IMG/VR virus record: IMGVR_UViG_3300028586_000785
Length of the DNA stretch: 64,000 nucleotides
Reading direction: 5' to 3' (one strand)
Source of the DNA: an uncultured virus (IMG/VR IMGVR_UViG_3300028586_000785)
Taxonomy: Duplodnaviria; Heunggongvirae; Uroviricota; Caudoviricetes
Part shown: positions 30,583-40,151 of the stretch, one piece after another
How positions within the stretch are numbered: the stretch's first letter is position 1
How the letters are laid out: every line of letters starts with the position of its first letter
Program-made: the position numbers and the translations under genes
Notes under the pieces: model-generated
Database searches by the model: none
Told to the model about the DNA's origin: nothing
Seen by the model: the letters and a program-made list of their open reading frames with translations, nothing else

Positions 30583-31863
30583 TTAATCCGTTGGTTCACC
30601 CTCAGATGAGTCAGACCCACCCGTAGTTGTTCCGCCATCTGTTGTGTCAACCGTGTCGCCAGTTCCACTGTTAGACCCGGAGCCGCCGTTACCGGTGCTA
30701 CCACTTCCGGTCGCAGGAGACCTTACACCACTGGTGATGTTATTGAACTCTTCTTCGTTCAACTTGTTGGTATCTGAATCAAGTGTCTGGTAAGTACCGA
30801 CTGGACCCCAAGCAACAATCAAAGGCAAACCACTCTCAGGTGCCTGAATGAGAATTTCCATACGCTGAGTCTGAGTTGCACCAACACGCTCGATAACCTC
30901 GTTAGGTCGAGTTGGGTCAGGCTCTGTGTAGTCAGGAAGCTTCATCTGCCATGTGACCTGTCCGACAGCTTCATTGACGTTGCCGTCGTTTTCCTTGAGC
31001 CATACAACGCTGACGGAGTTCTCAACGTACTCCCAAGCCTTTGTGGAAAGAGCACCAAGGTAGTAGCTATCACTGTTGTCTCCGGTGATCTGCTTCAATG
31101 CACCAGAATTGTTGGTGCTGTATGCCTCTGCCCACGACTCAAGCTGTGCTTCGAGATTCTCAGTTGCGCTGACGTTTCTCCACGAAGGAACGTCAGACTT
31201 AACAGGCTCGCCATTAGCTGAGGTGCTTGGCAAGATAGAAGGCTCACTGATTAGTGTGGGAAGTGATGTGTAGTCATCTAGTGACGGAATAGCGAAGGTC
31301 ACAGAGATGTTGCTGAGGGTTCCGTCAACATAGGCTGAGTACATATCAATCTCGTAGAAAAGCCCCTCTGTGTCTGGCGACTCTTCCTGACGACCACCGA
31401 TGAAAGTAACGTTACGTACCGTAATCGATGGGGCGTAGCGAGCGGGGTCAGCGGCGGCAGAAGCTTCGTCATCAGTGAGATCACTCTCTCCTGCATGCGG
31501 CCAGGTGATTCCATCTGCTAGCTGAACGGGAGCGGGAGAGGGGTTGGTGTTGTACCAGCCATCAATGATTTCCTTACCGAGATCCGAATAACGAGTCTTG
31601 AATGATGGGTTGTACTGAGTCTCCATCATCGAGCGAAGCTCTACGTTCTGGTTCTTGTTGTTGTTTACCTGGAAGGCACCCGCAACCGTAAGTATCATAA
31701 AGGCAATGACGACTACCCAGACACCAATAGCGGCAACACGCTTACCCAGCGTTGATCTAGAGCGTCCCATCTTTTCGCCAACGGCGCGGTAGAAGTCCTC
31801 ATCCGTTGGAGCGGACTCTCGGAGTTCACCGAAATCACGATTTTTTCTCTGTTGTGCCATCAA
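30583..31863 (-). CDS. Single-TM conjugation protein (TcpC/VirB8-like)
   Basis: One N-terminal TM; two tandem NTF2-like-sized extracellular regions (WAEAYSTNNSGALKQITGD); upstream of VirB4-like gene. Confidence 0.55.
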   Translation of the reverse strand: MMAQQRKNRDFGELRESAPTDEDFYRAVGEKMGRSRSTLGKRVAAIGVWVVVIAFMILTVAGAFQVNNNKNQNVELRSMMETQYNPSFKTRYSDLGKEIIDGWYNTNPSPAPVQLADGITWPHAGESDLTDDEASAAADPARYAPSITVRNVTFIGGRQEESPDTEGLFYEIDMYSAYVDGTLSNISVTFAIPSLDDYTSLPTLISEPSILPSTSANGEPVKSDVPSWRNVSATENLEAQLESWAEAYSTNNSGALKQITGDNSDSYYLGALSTKAWEYVENSVSVVWLKENDGNVNEAVGQVTWQMKLPDYTEPDPTRPNEVIERVGATQTQRMEILIQAPESGLPLIVAWGPVGTYQTLDSDTNKLNEEEFNNITSGVRSPATGSGSTGNGGSGSNSGTGDTVDTTDGGTTTGGSDSSEGEPTD

Positions 31864-31924
31864 AGTTCCTCAGCAAGCTTGTGTTGAGGTGACATCGTAG
31901 CACCCAGATTCTTTGACAACACAA

Positions 31925-31967
31925 AAAGCTGAACCGCTGATGAGAGATCCACCAGCGGTTCAGCTTT
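31925..31967 (-). terminator. Intrinsic terminator
   Basis: AAAGCTGAACCGCTG / CAGCGGTTCAGCTTT 15-bp inverted repeat followed by a T-run on the minus strand. Confidence 0.8.
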
Positions 31968-31983
31968 GCTTAGATATCAGTCG

Positions 31984-32973
31984 TTACTTGACCGAAAGGG
32001 ATGTAGAACCCCAACCTAAGAACTTTTTGAAATCTTCCTTTTCGAGAACCTTCTCTACCTGAGCCAGTGGCAAGTACTTGGGGTCGTAAGACTTGATGAG
32101 TGACTGGTACTTGTCAGGGCTAAGTCGTTCCTTGTTAGCTTCAATTGCGGCTGCGCGATCATCGTCAGCAAGGTCATCGAGGGGAATCGGAGCAGCATCG
32201 TCGTAGTGGAATTTACGGTTTGTGGTGAACTGAACACCGGCACCATCAGCAAAGCTGATACCGTGCTTAGCCATCTTTGTTCCGTCATCTACTTCACTGT
32301 TGAAGATGTCTTCTAGCTCTGACATGCCCGCCTTGATGACATCCATTTCATCCTTGCGGTCTAGGTACTGAGAGCGGAGGCAGCCAACTGCATATACCTT
32401 AGCCTTATCTTCGTCGCTGAGGTAGCCCGAGATAACTTCATACGCCCCACGAGCAGATGCTGAGTCAGTATCCATTTCCTTCGCGAGGTCGCTAATGAAG
32501 TCATCGAATCCTGGCTTGTTGGCAGCATTGATGATTGCTACCGCCTGGTCGTTAGGCTCGACAAAGCCAAAACCTAGGTCGTGAGGGTTGGGAAGGATAG
32601 ACGTGTCACCGAATTCATCGGCGTAGTCTTCGTCATGAACCAATGCGACAAACGGCTTGGCGAAATCGCGGTGGTTGTTCCGGATGTTCGAGTTCGACGA
32701 AACGGTGTCGATAAGTGACGCTACGTCCTGAGGGGTCTTGCGAGTAATCTTTTCCTTAGACCAATTCAAGGACTCTTCGGAGATATTGGTGAGAACAGAC
32801 ACGTTACCAATGTTGTTTCCCTTGTGCGACTGGCGCGGAGGGGCAACGATGTGAGACATCTTGGTGCTCTTGCCGCGAGTTTGGGTACAGGCGATTGCCG
32901 CCGCTGAACCAGCGAGGTGAGTCTGTGTACCGTGTACTTCTGGATTGAGGCACTGTACTTTTGTTCTTGACAC
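31984..32973 (-). CDS. Hypothetical protein with N-terminal Cys/His motif (C-x5-H-x4-H-x9-C)
   Basis: 329-aa ORF; AAGGAG RBS upstream; acidic body. Confidence 0.75.
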   Translation of the reverse strand: MSRTKVQCLNPEVHGTQTHLAGSAAAIACTQTRGKSTKMSHIVAPPRQSHKGNNIGNVSVLTNISEESLNWSKEKITRKTPQDVASLIDTVSSNSNIRNNHRDFAKPFVALVHDEDYADEFGDTSILPNPHDLGFGFVEPNDQAVAIINAANKPGFDDFISDLAKEMDTDSASARGAYEVISGYLSDEDKAKVYAVGCLRSQYLDRKDEMDVIKAGMSELEDIFNSEVDDGTKMAKHGISFADGAGVQFTTNRKFHYDDAAPIPLDDLADDDRAAAIEANKERLSPDKYQSLIKSYDPKYLPLAQVEKVLEKEDFKKFLGWGSTSLSVK

Positions 32974-33002
32974 GATGAGCTACTCCTTGTTGTCGTATTT
33001 AA

Positions 33003-33024
33003 AGGATAAACCGACCCTCTGACA
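33003..33024 (-). promoter_or_regulatory. RecA-NDp/PafBC-like promoter
   Basis: Minus strand TGTCAG-agggtcggtt-TATCCT (N10 spacing). Confidence 0.6.
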
Positions 33025-33035
33025 CTCTTATGTTA

Positions 33036-33803
33036 TCACGAACTCGCTTCTGGCGTTTTTGGGGGTTCTGGGGTCTTAGAGAACAGAATCTCCCAACTCT
33101 GAGTATCAGGGCTATCCGCACTGATGATGAATACGTAGCCTTTGTAGTTGCTAATCGAAGAATCTAGCGACTTGGCTTCATTACGCTCTACTGTCGAGTT
33201 CTTACCCCCGGAAAGCTTGATGGGGGAATCACCCTTCAGTGGCACCAAGGACACGTTAGTGGTGCCTATTCCGGTAGTGATGATGTCAGCGATGTCCGCA
33301 TCACCGTCAAACATGAATACGCGCGGACCTGTGCCAGTAAGTGACATGCTTGCGACCTTATCGATAGAACCAAGAGACTCCGCGCTGATCGCCCAAGACG
33401 TATCGTCTTCAGCTTCTACCAGGAAGTTTGTCGTTCGCGCAGGGCTGTCCTCTGTAGGGTACTTGATGAATACAGAAGTGCCACCTTCGCTTTCGTCAAC
33501 GCTTGCGACCTGTTCAACCTTTTCTCCGTCGTAATCTAGTTCAGCTAGCTTGACATCAGAGGTTGCGCTCATGGTCAGTACAGAAGGCTCATCGAATCCA
33601 GCCGGGAAGTCTATCTTGATCTCTTTTTGTCCAGATCCATTGATGGTGAAAGCTGGCTTTTCAGCCGCCTCTTGGTTGTAGGTCGGAGGAACGATCTTGG
33701 CTGGACCAGTAGAAGTGGGTACAGGCTCCGGTTCCCCTGAACATCCGGTGAGAACCATCGCGGACACAAATAGGACTGCTGCTAGCTTACTTAGATTCCT
33801 CAT
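33036..33803 (-). CDS. Lipoprotein (paralog of 33787..34587)
   Basis: Start re-called to MRNLSKL; lipobox VLTGC; two beta-rich repeats each ending W-S/A/E-I. Confidence 0.8.
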   Translation of the reverse strand: MRNLSKLAAVLFVSAMVLTGCSGEPEPVPTSTGPAKIVPPTYNQEAAEKPAFTINGSGQKEIKIDFPAGFDEPSVLTMSATSDVKLAELDYDGEKVEQVASVDESEGGTSVFIKYPTEDSPARTTNFLVEAEDDTSWAISAESLGSIDKVASMSLTGTGPRVFMFDGDADIADIITTGIGTTNVSLVPLKGDSPIKLSGGKNSTVERNEAKSLDSSISNYKGYVFIISADSPDTQSWEILFSKTPEPPKTPEASS

Positions 33804-34587
33804 CGACAGGAACCTCCTTTGCCTTATCGATAGACCATTCACCCGAGTACTGAACAGTAATGATGGAGCCGTTACCCGGTAGTGCTGTATCAGCAGTCTG
33901 ACTACCTCCACCTGTCGTTCTGTTCAGAATCACTCTGTTCTGATAGCCATAGGAACGGATAATGATGCCGGTTCCTTCACTCTTGACTGCTACGTTCTGT
34001 GTTTCTCCATTGACTACGAATGCTGTAGAGTCTGTACCCTCTTGCTTCTTGTCAAACGTGGTTAGCTGAGACAGGGCAATTACGTCCATGCTCCACTGCC
34101 CCTCACCAAAGGCTTTGACGGCAACCGTCTCAGACTTTCCTGAAGCACCCAAAACAGCAACTGAATCTTCTGGCTCATCAAAGTAGCCAATTGGCTCGGT
34201 GTAACTACCGTCAGCAGCAACACCAACGAAGTAACCTTCACGCTTACTCTTGAATGTCAGCTTGGTGACAAAAGGCTCTCCTGCCACCGGAGGCTTGATA
34301 TCAAAGACAACTGATTCAGCAAGACCGTCAGGAAGGTCATCAGGATTGACTAGGTTGTTATCCACATCATCACTAGGCTTGACGGTTTCGCTCGTATAGG
34401 TAACAGGCTTACTGTTTGACTCACTAGAAAGGTCATAGCGAGGACTACTCTGTGATTCCTGCTCGGGGTATGTAGGGTAGATAATCACTTCTGGTTCATC
34501 AGACGTTGGTGTACAGCCCGACAATACGACAGCCAGGGCGATAGCCATTGGCACTAGTGTGGCTCGACGTTTCATTGCTCTCCTCAT
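33787..34587 (-). CDS. Lipoprotein
   Basis: Signal peptide with lipobox VLSGC; GQWSMDV...GEWSID repeats similar to its neighbour. Confidence 0.8.
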   Translation of the reverse strand: MRRAMKRRATLVPMAIALAVVLSGCTPTSDEPEVIIYPTYPEQESQSSPRYDLSSESNSKPVTYTSETVKPSDDVDNNLVNPDDLPDGLAESVVFDIKPPVAGEPFVTKLTFKSKREGYFVGVAADGSYTEPIGYFDEPEDSVAVLGASGKSETVAVKAFGEGQWSMDVIALSQLTTFDKKQEGTDSTAFVVNGETQNVAVKSEGTGIIIRSYGYQNRVILNRTTGGGSQTADTALPGNGSIITVQYSGEWSIDKAKEVPVDEESK

Positions 34588-34712
34588 TGCTTACACATCT
34601 TATACAGAACCCGCGCAACCTCGCCGGATATCCACAAACTACTTGATAGGTGCTTCCTCTTGTTATCCAACGGTAGACATGGTAGATTATGGCGTAGAGG
34701 AAAGAAGACACA

Positions 34713-36686
34713 TTGACTAACAAAGAAGAACGAATCGCAGCGCTCACGGCTAAGCGTGATGAAGCTGCGCAGGCATATTTCTCGGGCGAATCAATCATCT
34801 CAGATGATGAGTTTGATTTGCTCGTCGCTGAGCTTGACTCCCTTGGTATCGAGGAAGAGTCTTCTGGTGTGGGTCATGGTTATGTCCCTAGTGGCAAGGT
34901 GTCTCACAAGCAGCGCATGCTTTCTCTGCGAAAGGTCTTCACTGAAGAAGACATCATCAAGTTCGTGGCGGACGTAGAAGCCCGTCAGTACACGGTTGAA
35001 CTAAAGTACGACGGTGGAGCGGCTTCCCTCATCTATGGGCTTGATGGCTATTTTGAACAGGCGATTACTCGCGGCAATGGCACTTATGGTGAAGACATTA
35101 CACCTGCTATGCGTGAACTCATTGCGGCGGGAAAAATCCCCGACTTCGTGGATACAGGTCGTGTCCGGACTGAGGTGCGCGGCGAGGTTATCGTTACACA
35201 TGAAGACTTCGAAAAGCTCAACGACTCTCCCTTGGGTGGAGACTACTCCAACCCCCGAAACACTGCGACAGGAATCATTCGGCGTAAGGATGTAACTGGA
35301 ATTGGCGAGTTCGTCAACTTCGTCGCTTATGGAGGAGACCTCCCGACTTGGCAACTAGAAGAAGAGGGCTTCCTTACCTCCATCGAGCACTACTTCGAAA
35401 CTGTCAAAGACAACCATGCTGAATCGATCATGGCTCTCATCAACAAACTCGAAGACGACCGTAAGACGTTTGGGTTCGACACGGATGGAGTGGTCATCAA
35501 GGTTGCTGACCAGCCGACCCGAGATTCTTTGGGCGAGTCCTCAACATCTCCCAACTGGGCTGTTGCTTTCAAGTTCAAGTCAGAAGTGAAGCAGACTGTG
35601 CTTCATGCTGTCGAGTGGAGAACCGGAAGAACAGGAAGAATTGTGCCTGTTGCTGTATTCGAGCCTATCAAGCTCGGTGTGAACGTAGCCCGAGCTACGC
35701 TTCACAATGCCACTTTCTTGGCAGAGAAGGACATCAAGATCAACGATACGATTGATGTCCAGCGAAGCAATGAGGTCATTCCTTACGTCATTGGTCGTAA
35801 TGGTGACCACTCTGATATTGCAGTAGACATTGTGATTCCCACTGCATGCCCTACCTGTGGCGCTCCCATCTTCCAGAAGAACAAGGACATCGTTTGCTCT
35901 GTTGGTAACTGCGACCCCAGGACAATCATTACCTACGGACTTGCTCAGCTAGGAGTTCTGGGTGTTTCGAGCAGCATCGTCGGAAAGCTTGTTGATGCCG
36001 GTGTCGTCAAAGACTTGGTAGATATGCTGGGTGTCAAGCCTGAACAGATCTCTGCTTTGGAAGGCGAGGGTCACGTTTCCGGACAGAAGGCAGTCAAGGC
36101 TATCAAGGACGCAATCAAGGGGGCTACCGTTGCTAAGTGGTTCACTGCTCTTGGTATTGCACAGGCATCTCTTTCCACTGGAACACAGCTTGCAGAGCGC
36201 TTCCACACCCTCGGGGGTATCGCCGCTGCCGAAGAGAAGGATTTGCTAGGTCTTCCCCGTTTCGGCGCTGCCAAGGCTAAGAGTGTCATTGCCGCTCAGG
36301 AGCGAATCGAGTACACCGAACGCGAGCTATTCTTGCGATACGGTTACAAGCCTGTCGAAGCAGAAAGGGTGGTTGTTCCTAGTGCAAGCCCATTCATCGG
36401 TCTCAATGTCGTAATGACTGGCAAGTTCCCCACCTTTGGTCGCACTCAGGCAGCAGATGAAGCAAAGCGCCTTGGTGCAAACGTCCAGAGCAGCGTTAGC
36501 AAGACGACCAACATCGTCGTTGCTGGTGAAGATGCGGGGTCGAAACTACAGAAAGCTACCTCTTTGGGTGTTACAGTGATGGACGCTGGCGAGTTCGAAA
36601 AGATCGCTTATGAGTTGACTGCAAAGCCCAAAACGGGTGGTAACGTTGACCCAGCAGACAACACGCTCAATGCGTTGTTTGATTGA
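34713..36686 (+). CDS. ligA: NAD-dependent DNA ligase LigA
   Basis: ISDDEFD, MLSL, ELKYDG, TRGNG, EVRGE, NPRN, DGVVIK, AFKF, ATLHN, zinc finger CPTC...C...C, HhH repeats, BRCT (SVSKTT..VAGEDAGSKLQKA). Confidence 0.97.
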   Translation: MTNKEERIAALTAKRDEAAQAYFSGESIISDDEFDLLVAELDSLGIEEESSGVGHGYVPSGKVSHKQRMLSLRKVFTEEDIIKFVADVEARQYTVELKYDGGAASLIYGLDGYFEQAITRGNGTYGEDITPAMRELIAAGKIPDFVDTGRVRTEVRGEVIVTHEDFEKLNDSPLGGDYSNPRNTATGIIRRKDVTGIGEFVNFVAYGGDLPTWQLEEEGFLTSIEHYFETVKDNHAESIMALINKLEDDRKTFGFDTDGVVIKVADQPTRDSLGESSTSPNWAVAFKFKSEVKQTVLHAVEWRTGRTGRIVPVAVFEPIKLGVNVARATLHNATFLAEKDIKINDTIDVQRSNEVIPYVIGRNGDHSDIAVDIVIPTACPTCGAPIFQKNKDIVCSVGNCDPRTIITYGLAQLGVLGVSSSIVGKLVDAGVVKDLVDMLGVKPEQISALEGEGHVSGQKAVKAIKDAIKGATVAKWFTALGIAQASLSTGTQLAERFHTLGGIAAAEEKDLLGLPRFGAAKAKSVIAAQERIEYTERELFLRYGYKPVEAERVVVPSASPFIGLNVVMTGKFPTFGRTQAADEAKRLGANVQSSVSKTTNIVVAGEDAGSKLQKATSLGVTVMDAGEFEKIAYELTAKPKTGGNVDPADNTLNALFD

Positions 36687-37372
36687 TAGAGGAAAAGACT
36701 TTGCCACTAAGCATTCCAGAGCTACAGCCGAACGATAAGGTCACTATTCGTGACTCTAACGGCAACGTCACCGATGTCTTCGTGTCATCTGTCGCCAAGG
36801 GAAAGCTGGACTACGAGAACCAGCCCTTTTTCATCGACACTAATGGGGAAATTCATTGGAGTGGTCGCTCTGTTATCTTGGACACAACCAGAACCGAACC
36901 AAAGGCGAAGCCTCAGAAGCCTACAGATGGTCGCAACTGGCGCGAGCAGATCACCCTCCATCCTGACGGTACACCAAAAACGATGAAGGAGATCCTGCTC
37001 AGCAGGGAGGACGGTAAGACCTTCGAAGATGAGGTTCGAGGTATCGTAGACGGCAGTAAGGAAAACGCGCTAGATGCGGTAAACCTTGCGCGCTCAACAG
37101 TGCTTTGGTTCCCTCGTCAGTTCCCTAAGATTGACACCTTTGATCTTCGTAATGACCCAAGATCAGATACCCTCATTGGGTACCGCGCCGAGGGTGTCAA
37201 CGAAGTAGAGAAGTTCCGACTGTTCCGTACTGGTTCCGTTGTGAAGCTGGTAGATAATGGCGAGGGCAAGCTTCCACGTCGATTTGGACGACGGTACGTA
37301 ACCTACTTTGGTGTGGGACTTATCATCTTGCCGGTATTGGCAGTCATCTCCGTCATCATCGGAGCTTTCTAA
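36683..37372 (+). CDS. Hypothetical protein with C-terminal TM anchor
   Basis: Overlaps ligA stop; hydrophobic C-terminus. Confidence 0.7.
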   Translation: MIEEKTLPLSIPELQPNDKVTIRDSNGNVTDVFVSSVAKGKLDYENQPFFIDTNGEIHWSGRSVILDTTRTEPKAKPQKPTDGRNWREQITLHPDGTPKTMKEILLSREDGKTFEDEVRGIVDGSKENALDAVNLARSTVLWFPRQFPKIDTFDLRNDPRSDTLIGYRAEGVNEVEKFRLFRTGSVVKLVDNGEGKLPRRFGRRYVTYFGVGLIILPVLAVISVIIGAF

Positions 37373-37782
37373 GCTGCTATAGCAGATTCCTTAGCGCGGA
37401 CATCAACGAACTCATCTGGCGAGAAGTAGATGGTGATTCCGTTTTTGGTGTTGAAAGCCAATAGACCCTCATTCGGCTTTCCCGCATCGGTAATGGAATC
37501 GATGTCTTCGAACTCTTCACCATAGCCATCAGTGATATCTAGTTCGTAGGTGGCACCGTTGTCGATATCTTCCTTGATGGAAGACGCAGGAAGGTAGAGA
37601 TCTAGGTTGTCACTACTGACCATTTTAGAATCAGTCTGGATCTTTGGAACAAGACCCTTTCCAAATGCCTTGGTACGTACAGCAGAGGCGTTGAGGTCTC
37701 TATGAAGGTGGCAGAGGCTGGAAGGATCGGTGGTTGTGTTGTTGCACACCTGGCATTTGACAGAGAACTGCATCTTAGTCAT
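37369..37782 (-). CDS. Hypothetical protein with N-terminal CxxC-x10-CxxH zinc-ribbon-like tag
   Basis: VKCQVCNNTTTDPSSLCHLH; strong AAGGAGGTG RBS. Confidence 0.8.
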   Translation of the reverse strand: MTKMQFSVKCQVCNNTTTDPSSLCHLHRDLNASAVRTKAFGKGLVPKIQTDSKMVSSDNLDLYLPASSIKEDIDNGATYELDITDGYGEEFEDIDSITDAGKPNEGLLAFNTKNGITIYFSPDEFVDVRAKESAIAA

Positions 37783-37828
37783 TTCAACACCTCCTTCGTA
37801 ACGAGGGTTGTTCTTCCCTCTGTGTTAC

Positions 37829-37850
37829 ATTGTACTACACTGCACTGACA
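37829..37850 (-). promoter_or_regulatory. RecA-NDp/PafBC-like promoter
   Basis: Minus strand TGTCAGTG-cagtgtag-TACAAT, full match to TGTCRgtg-N8-TAnnnT. Confidence 0.7.
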
Positions 37851-37876
37851 CTAATATTTGCCAAACCCTATCAGAG

Positions 37877-38440
37877 CTAAGCTAGAAGTCTCTCGTGAGC
37901 CATAGATGGAGGAAGGTCGATGTATCCATGACGACCAAGCCTAAACTTGACCGCCGCCCACGATGCTAGTCCGGTCGCAGCAGCTATCTCTTGATAGGTG
38001 GCACCATTCTGCTTCTCTGCATGCATGAGTGCAGCTAGCTGACCACTAGCTAGTCTTGAAGGTGCATCTGCCGGTGTGTTTCGACTGACTTGTGCGGCAA
38101 GTATTCTCAGTTCAGATAGCTTCTTTGCCGTCTGATCGGGAATGACATACCTTTTTGACTTCTCCTTCTCAACAACCGTCTTACGTGATAAGGGCTTATA
38201 CGTAGGGAAGGCAGGTGCATCGATTAAGGCAAATGACTCGTTTGCTTCTAGGTTCTTGATTCGATTCCTAATAGCCTCCGCCGAGAATCCGACCGCTCCG
38301 CCAATCTTCCTCAAAGACCATCCATGTTTGGCGGCAAGCTTGAAGTAGTAGTTGGCACAATTGACATCGCCATTGGTGTGAACGTCCATAAGAAAGGTGC
38401 ACACTTCATCGGGCAGCACATGCGCGGTATCGGTGGTCAT
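37877..38440 (-). CDS. Tandem helix-turn-helix DNA-binding protein
   Basis: GWSLRKIGGAVGFSAEAIRNRI and GATYQEIAAATGLASWAAVKFRL. Confidence 0.75.
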   Translation of the reverse strand: MTTDTAHVLPDEVCTFLMDVHTNGDVNCANYYFKLAAKHGWSLRKIGGAVGFSAEAIRNRIKNLEANESFALIDAPAFPTYKPLSRKTVVEKEKSKRYVIPDQTAKKLSELRILAAQVSRNTPADAPSRLASGQLAALMHAEKQNGATYQEIAAATGLASWAAVKFRLGRHGYIDLPPSMAHERLLA

Positions 38441-38550
38441 TCAAGTTCCTGTTCTTCAAGCATCCCTATTAAGCGGGTTCATGCTATCAGAGCTAGAGGC
38501 TTGCAATCTCGATTACGAGTAAGCCTCACAAGGGGTATTTCCAAGCTGTT

Positions 38551-39111
38551 CTAGAAGAAGGTAGCTGCGCTTCTTGGCTCATCGGAATTGGCAAACTCTT
38601 GGATGTAACCCTTTGTATCTAGAGGGTGGAATGACCCCTCATTTACCCTTGTCTCGACCTGGGACTGAATGATTGAAACGAACTCTGTACGTAGCTCAGG
38701 GCTGCCAAACTCCGACATAGCGCTGCTATCCATTCTTTCCCAGATGAGTGCCAACGAGGTGTCGTCGATACCAGATGCGTATGTATGAGCAGCTTCCGAG
38801 CCTTTCCTCTGGAAGGTTGACTCAATAGCTCTCACCGACACACGTGCCTTCATCCATTTGGAGAATTGTTCGTTTTCATCTAGGTCAAAGATTGACTCTT
38901 CGCTAGCGTAATCAGGTAGAGATATCCCGGTCTCATGTGACAGCCAACCGCTCGACCTATCATTAGCAATCTCGCTTGTGTGGATCTTAGGCATGGGTAT
39001 CCGGTTGGTAGCCGATACTGATGCGGATTGTGTTTGGTGCAGGTAGCAGAGACCATTGCTGTTCTTAGTGATGTTGTTGCACTTTCTGCATTTCACAGCT
39101 TGGTCGCTCAT
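38551..39111 (-). CDS. Hypothetical protein with N-terminal CxxC-x10-CxxH tag
   Basis: Start re-called to MSDQAVKCRKCNNITKNSNGLCYLH; same tag as 37369..37782. Confidence 0.8.
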   Translation of the reverse strand: MSDQAVKCRKCNNITKNSNGLCYLHQTQSASVSATNRIPMPKIHTSEIANDRSSGWLSHETGISLPDYASEESIFDLDENEQFSKWMKARVSVRAIESTFQRKGSEAAHTYASGIDDTSLALIWERMDSSAMSEFGSPELRTEFVSIIQSQVETRVNEGSFHPLDTKGYIQEFANSDEPRSAATFF

Positions 39112-39158
39112 GGTCGTTTCTTTCGGTATCCGAGCACACACTTTGTTGCGCTAAGTAG

Positions 39159-39180
39159 ATCATGCCACTAGCCACTGACA
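39159..39180 (-). promoter_or_regulatory. RecA-NDp/PafBC-like promoter
   Basis: Minus strand tTGTCAGTG-gctagtgg-CATGAT. Confidence 0.6.
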
Positions 39181-39188
39181 AGTTAGCC

Positions 39189-39995
39189 CTAAGCAGCAAG
39201 CGCTAGAGTACGGTTGCTGCTCAGACCAAGACCACCATATGATTTGAACAAAGACTGGTCGATATCGAACTTCGTAATCATTCCAAGATCTCTAATCGAG
39301 CCGCCCTGACGTACTACATTCATGAATCTATCAAACGAGACTCCGCTTTCAATGAGAGTGATGAGGAAGTCTACGTCCAGTTGAGTGCTGGCAAACATGA
39401 CCGATTCAATAGAGTTGGTAGCTCGTCTAATCGATAGGTACGCATCACGGTATTCCGAAGGGTTCAGGATGAGTAGCTCAGCGGTCTTGCATGCCGATAT
39501 CTCTTCTGGGCTGAGTCCTAAGACCTTTACAGCATTGATGTCACCAGCGGTCAAATCTGGTACGAAAGAGCCTAGGTAAGCCGCCTGTGCCACTGGAACA
39601 CCCATTGCGTCCACCATTGCTCCGACAACAAATGCATTGCTCTCGAAGGTTGCATAAGCGGTAGACAGGTAATCCGAAACGAATTGCGATGCCTTATCAA
39701 TAGTCTCTTGGAGAGGATAAAGAGTAAGCACCCGACCTGAGCCTGAATGCAGCGCCACAACGTAATCGAGGTAGTTAGGGTTTGACTGCCATATACGCAC
39801 AAGAAGGTTCAAATCCTCTTGTAGGGCGACTGAGCGACCCTGCAACCCCTTTAGAAGGTCACTCAACTTGCTCTTCCTAAACCGAATCTCAGCATCCAGA
39901 GGGCTAGAACCTTGGTTGAGGATACGAACGGTTTGGAGCATTAGTTCGTGGGAGGGGAGGTTGATGTGAATGTTACCATCGCGAACGAAGTACAA
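39189..39995 (-). CDS. Hypothetical protein
   Basis: 268-aa ORF; TTG start with AGGAG RBS. Confidence 0.7.
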   Translation of the reverse strand: MYFVRDGNIHINLPSHELMLQTVRILNQGSSPLDAEIRFRKSKLSDLLKGLQGRSVALQEDLNLLVRIWQSNPNYLDYVVALHSGSGRVLTLYPLQETIDKASQFVSDYLSTAYATFESNAFVVGAMVDAMGVPVAQAAYLGSFVPDLTAGDINAVKVLGLSPEEISACKTAELLILNPSEYRDAYLSIRRATNSIESVMFASTQLDVDFLITLIESGVSFDRFMNVVRQGGSIRDLGMITKFDIDQSLFKSYGGLGLSSNRTLALAA

Positions 39996-40017
39996 GGTTA
40001 TCTCCTGGATTAAATGG

Positions 40018-40137
40018 GACGGGACGCACTCTAACTATCCGAAAGTTAGTGAGTGCGTCCCGTCTTGGGGCGACCTAAGATGTCAGTCAGTGGTCGCCCA
40101 CTCTTCGGACCCTCTGGAAAGAGTTAGCGAGTCCGAA
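40018..40137. other. Three consecutive stem-loops (structured 3' UTR, terminator or sRNA)
   Basis: GACGGGACGCACTC/GAGTGCGTCCCGTC (14 bp plus inner stem), GGGCGACC/GGTCGCCC, TTCGGAC/GTCCGAA. Confidence 0.7.
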
Positions 40138-40151
40138 TTCTTTACTGGACC

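Noticed and set aside
40018..40137. tRNA
   Set aside because: The stems are serial, with no acceptor stem or T-loop consensus
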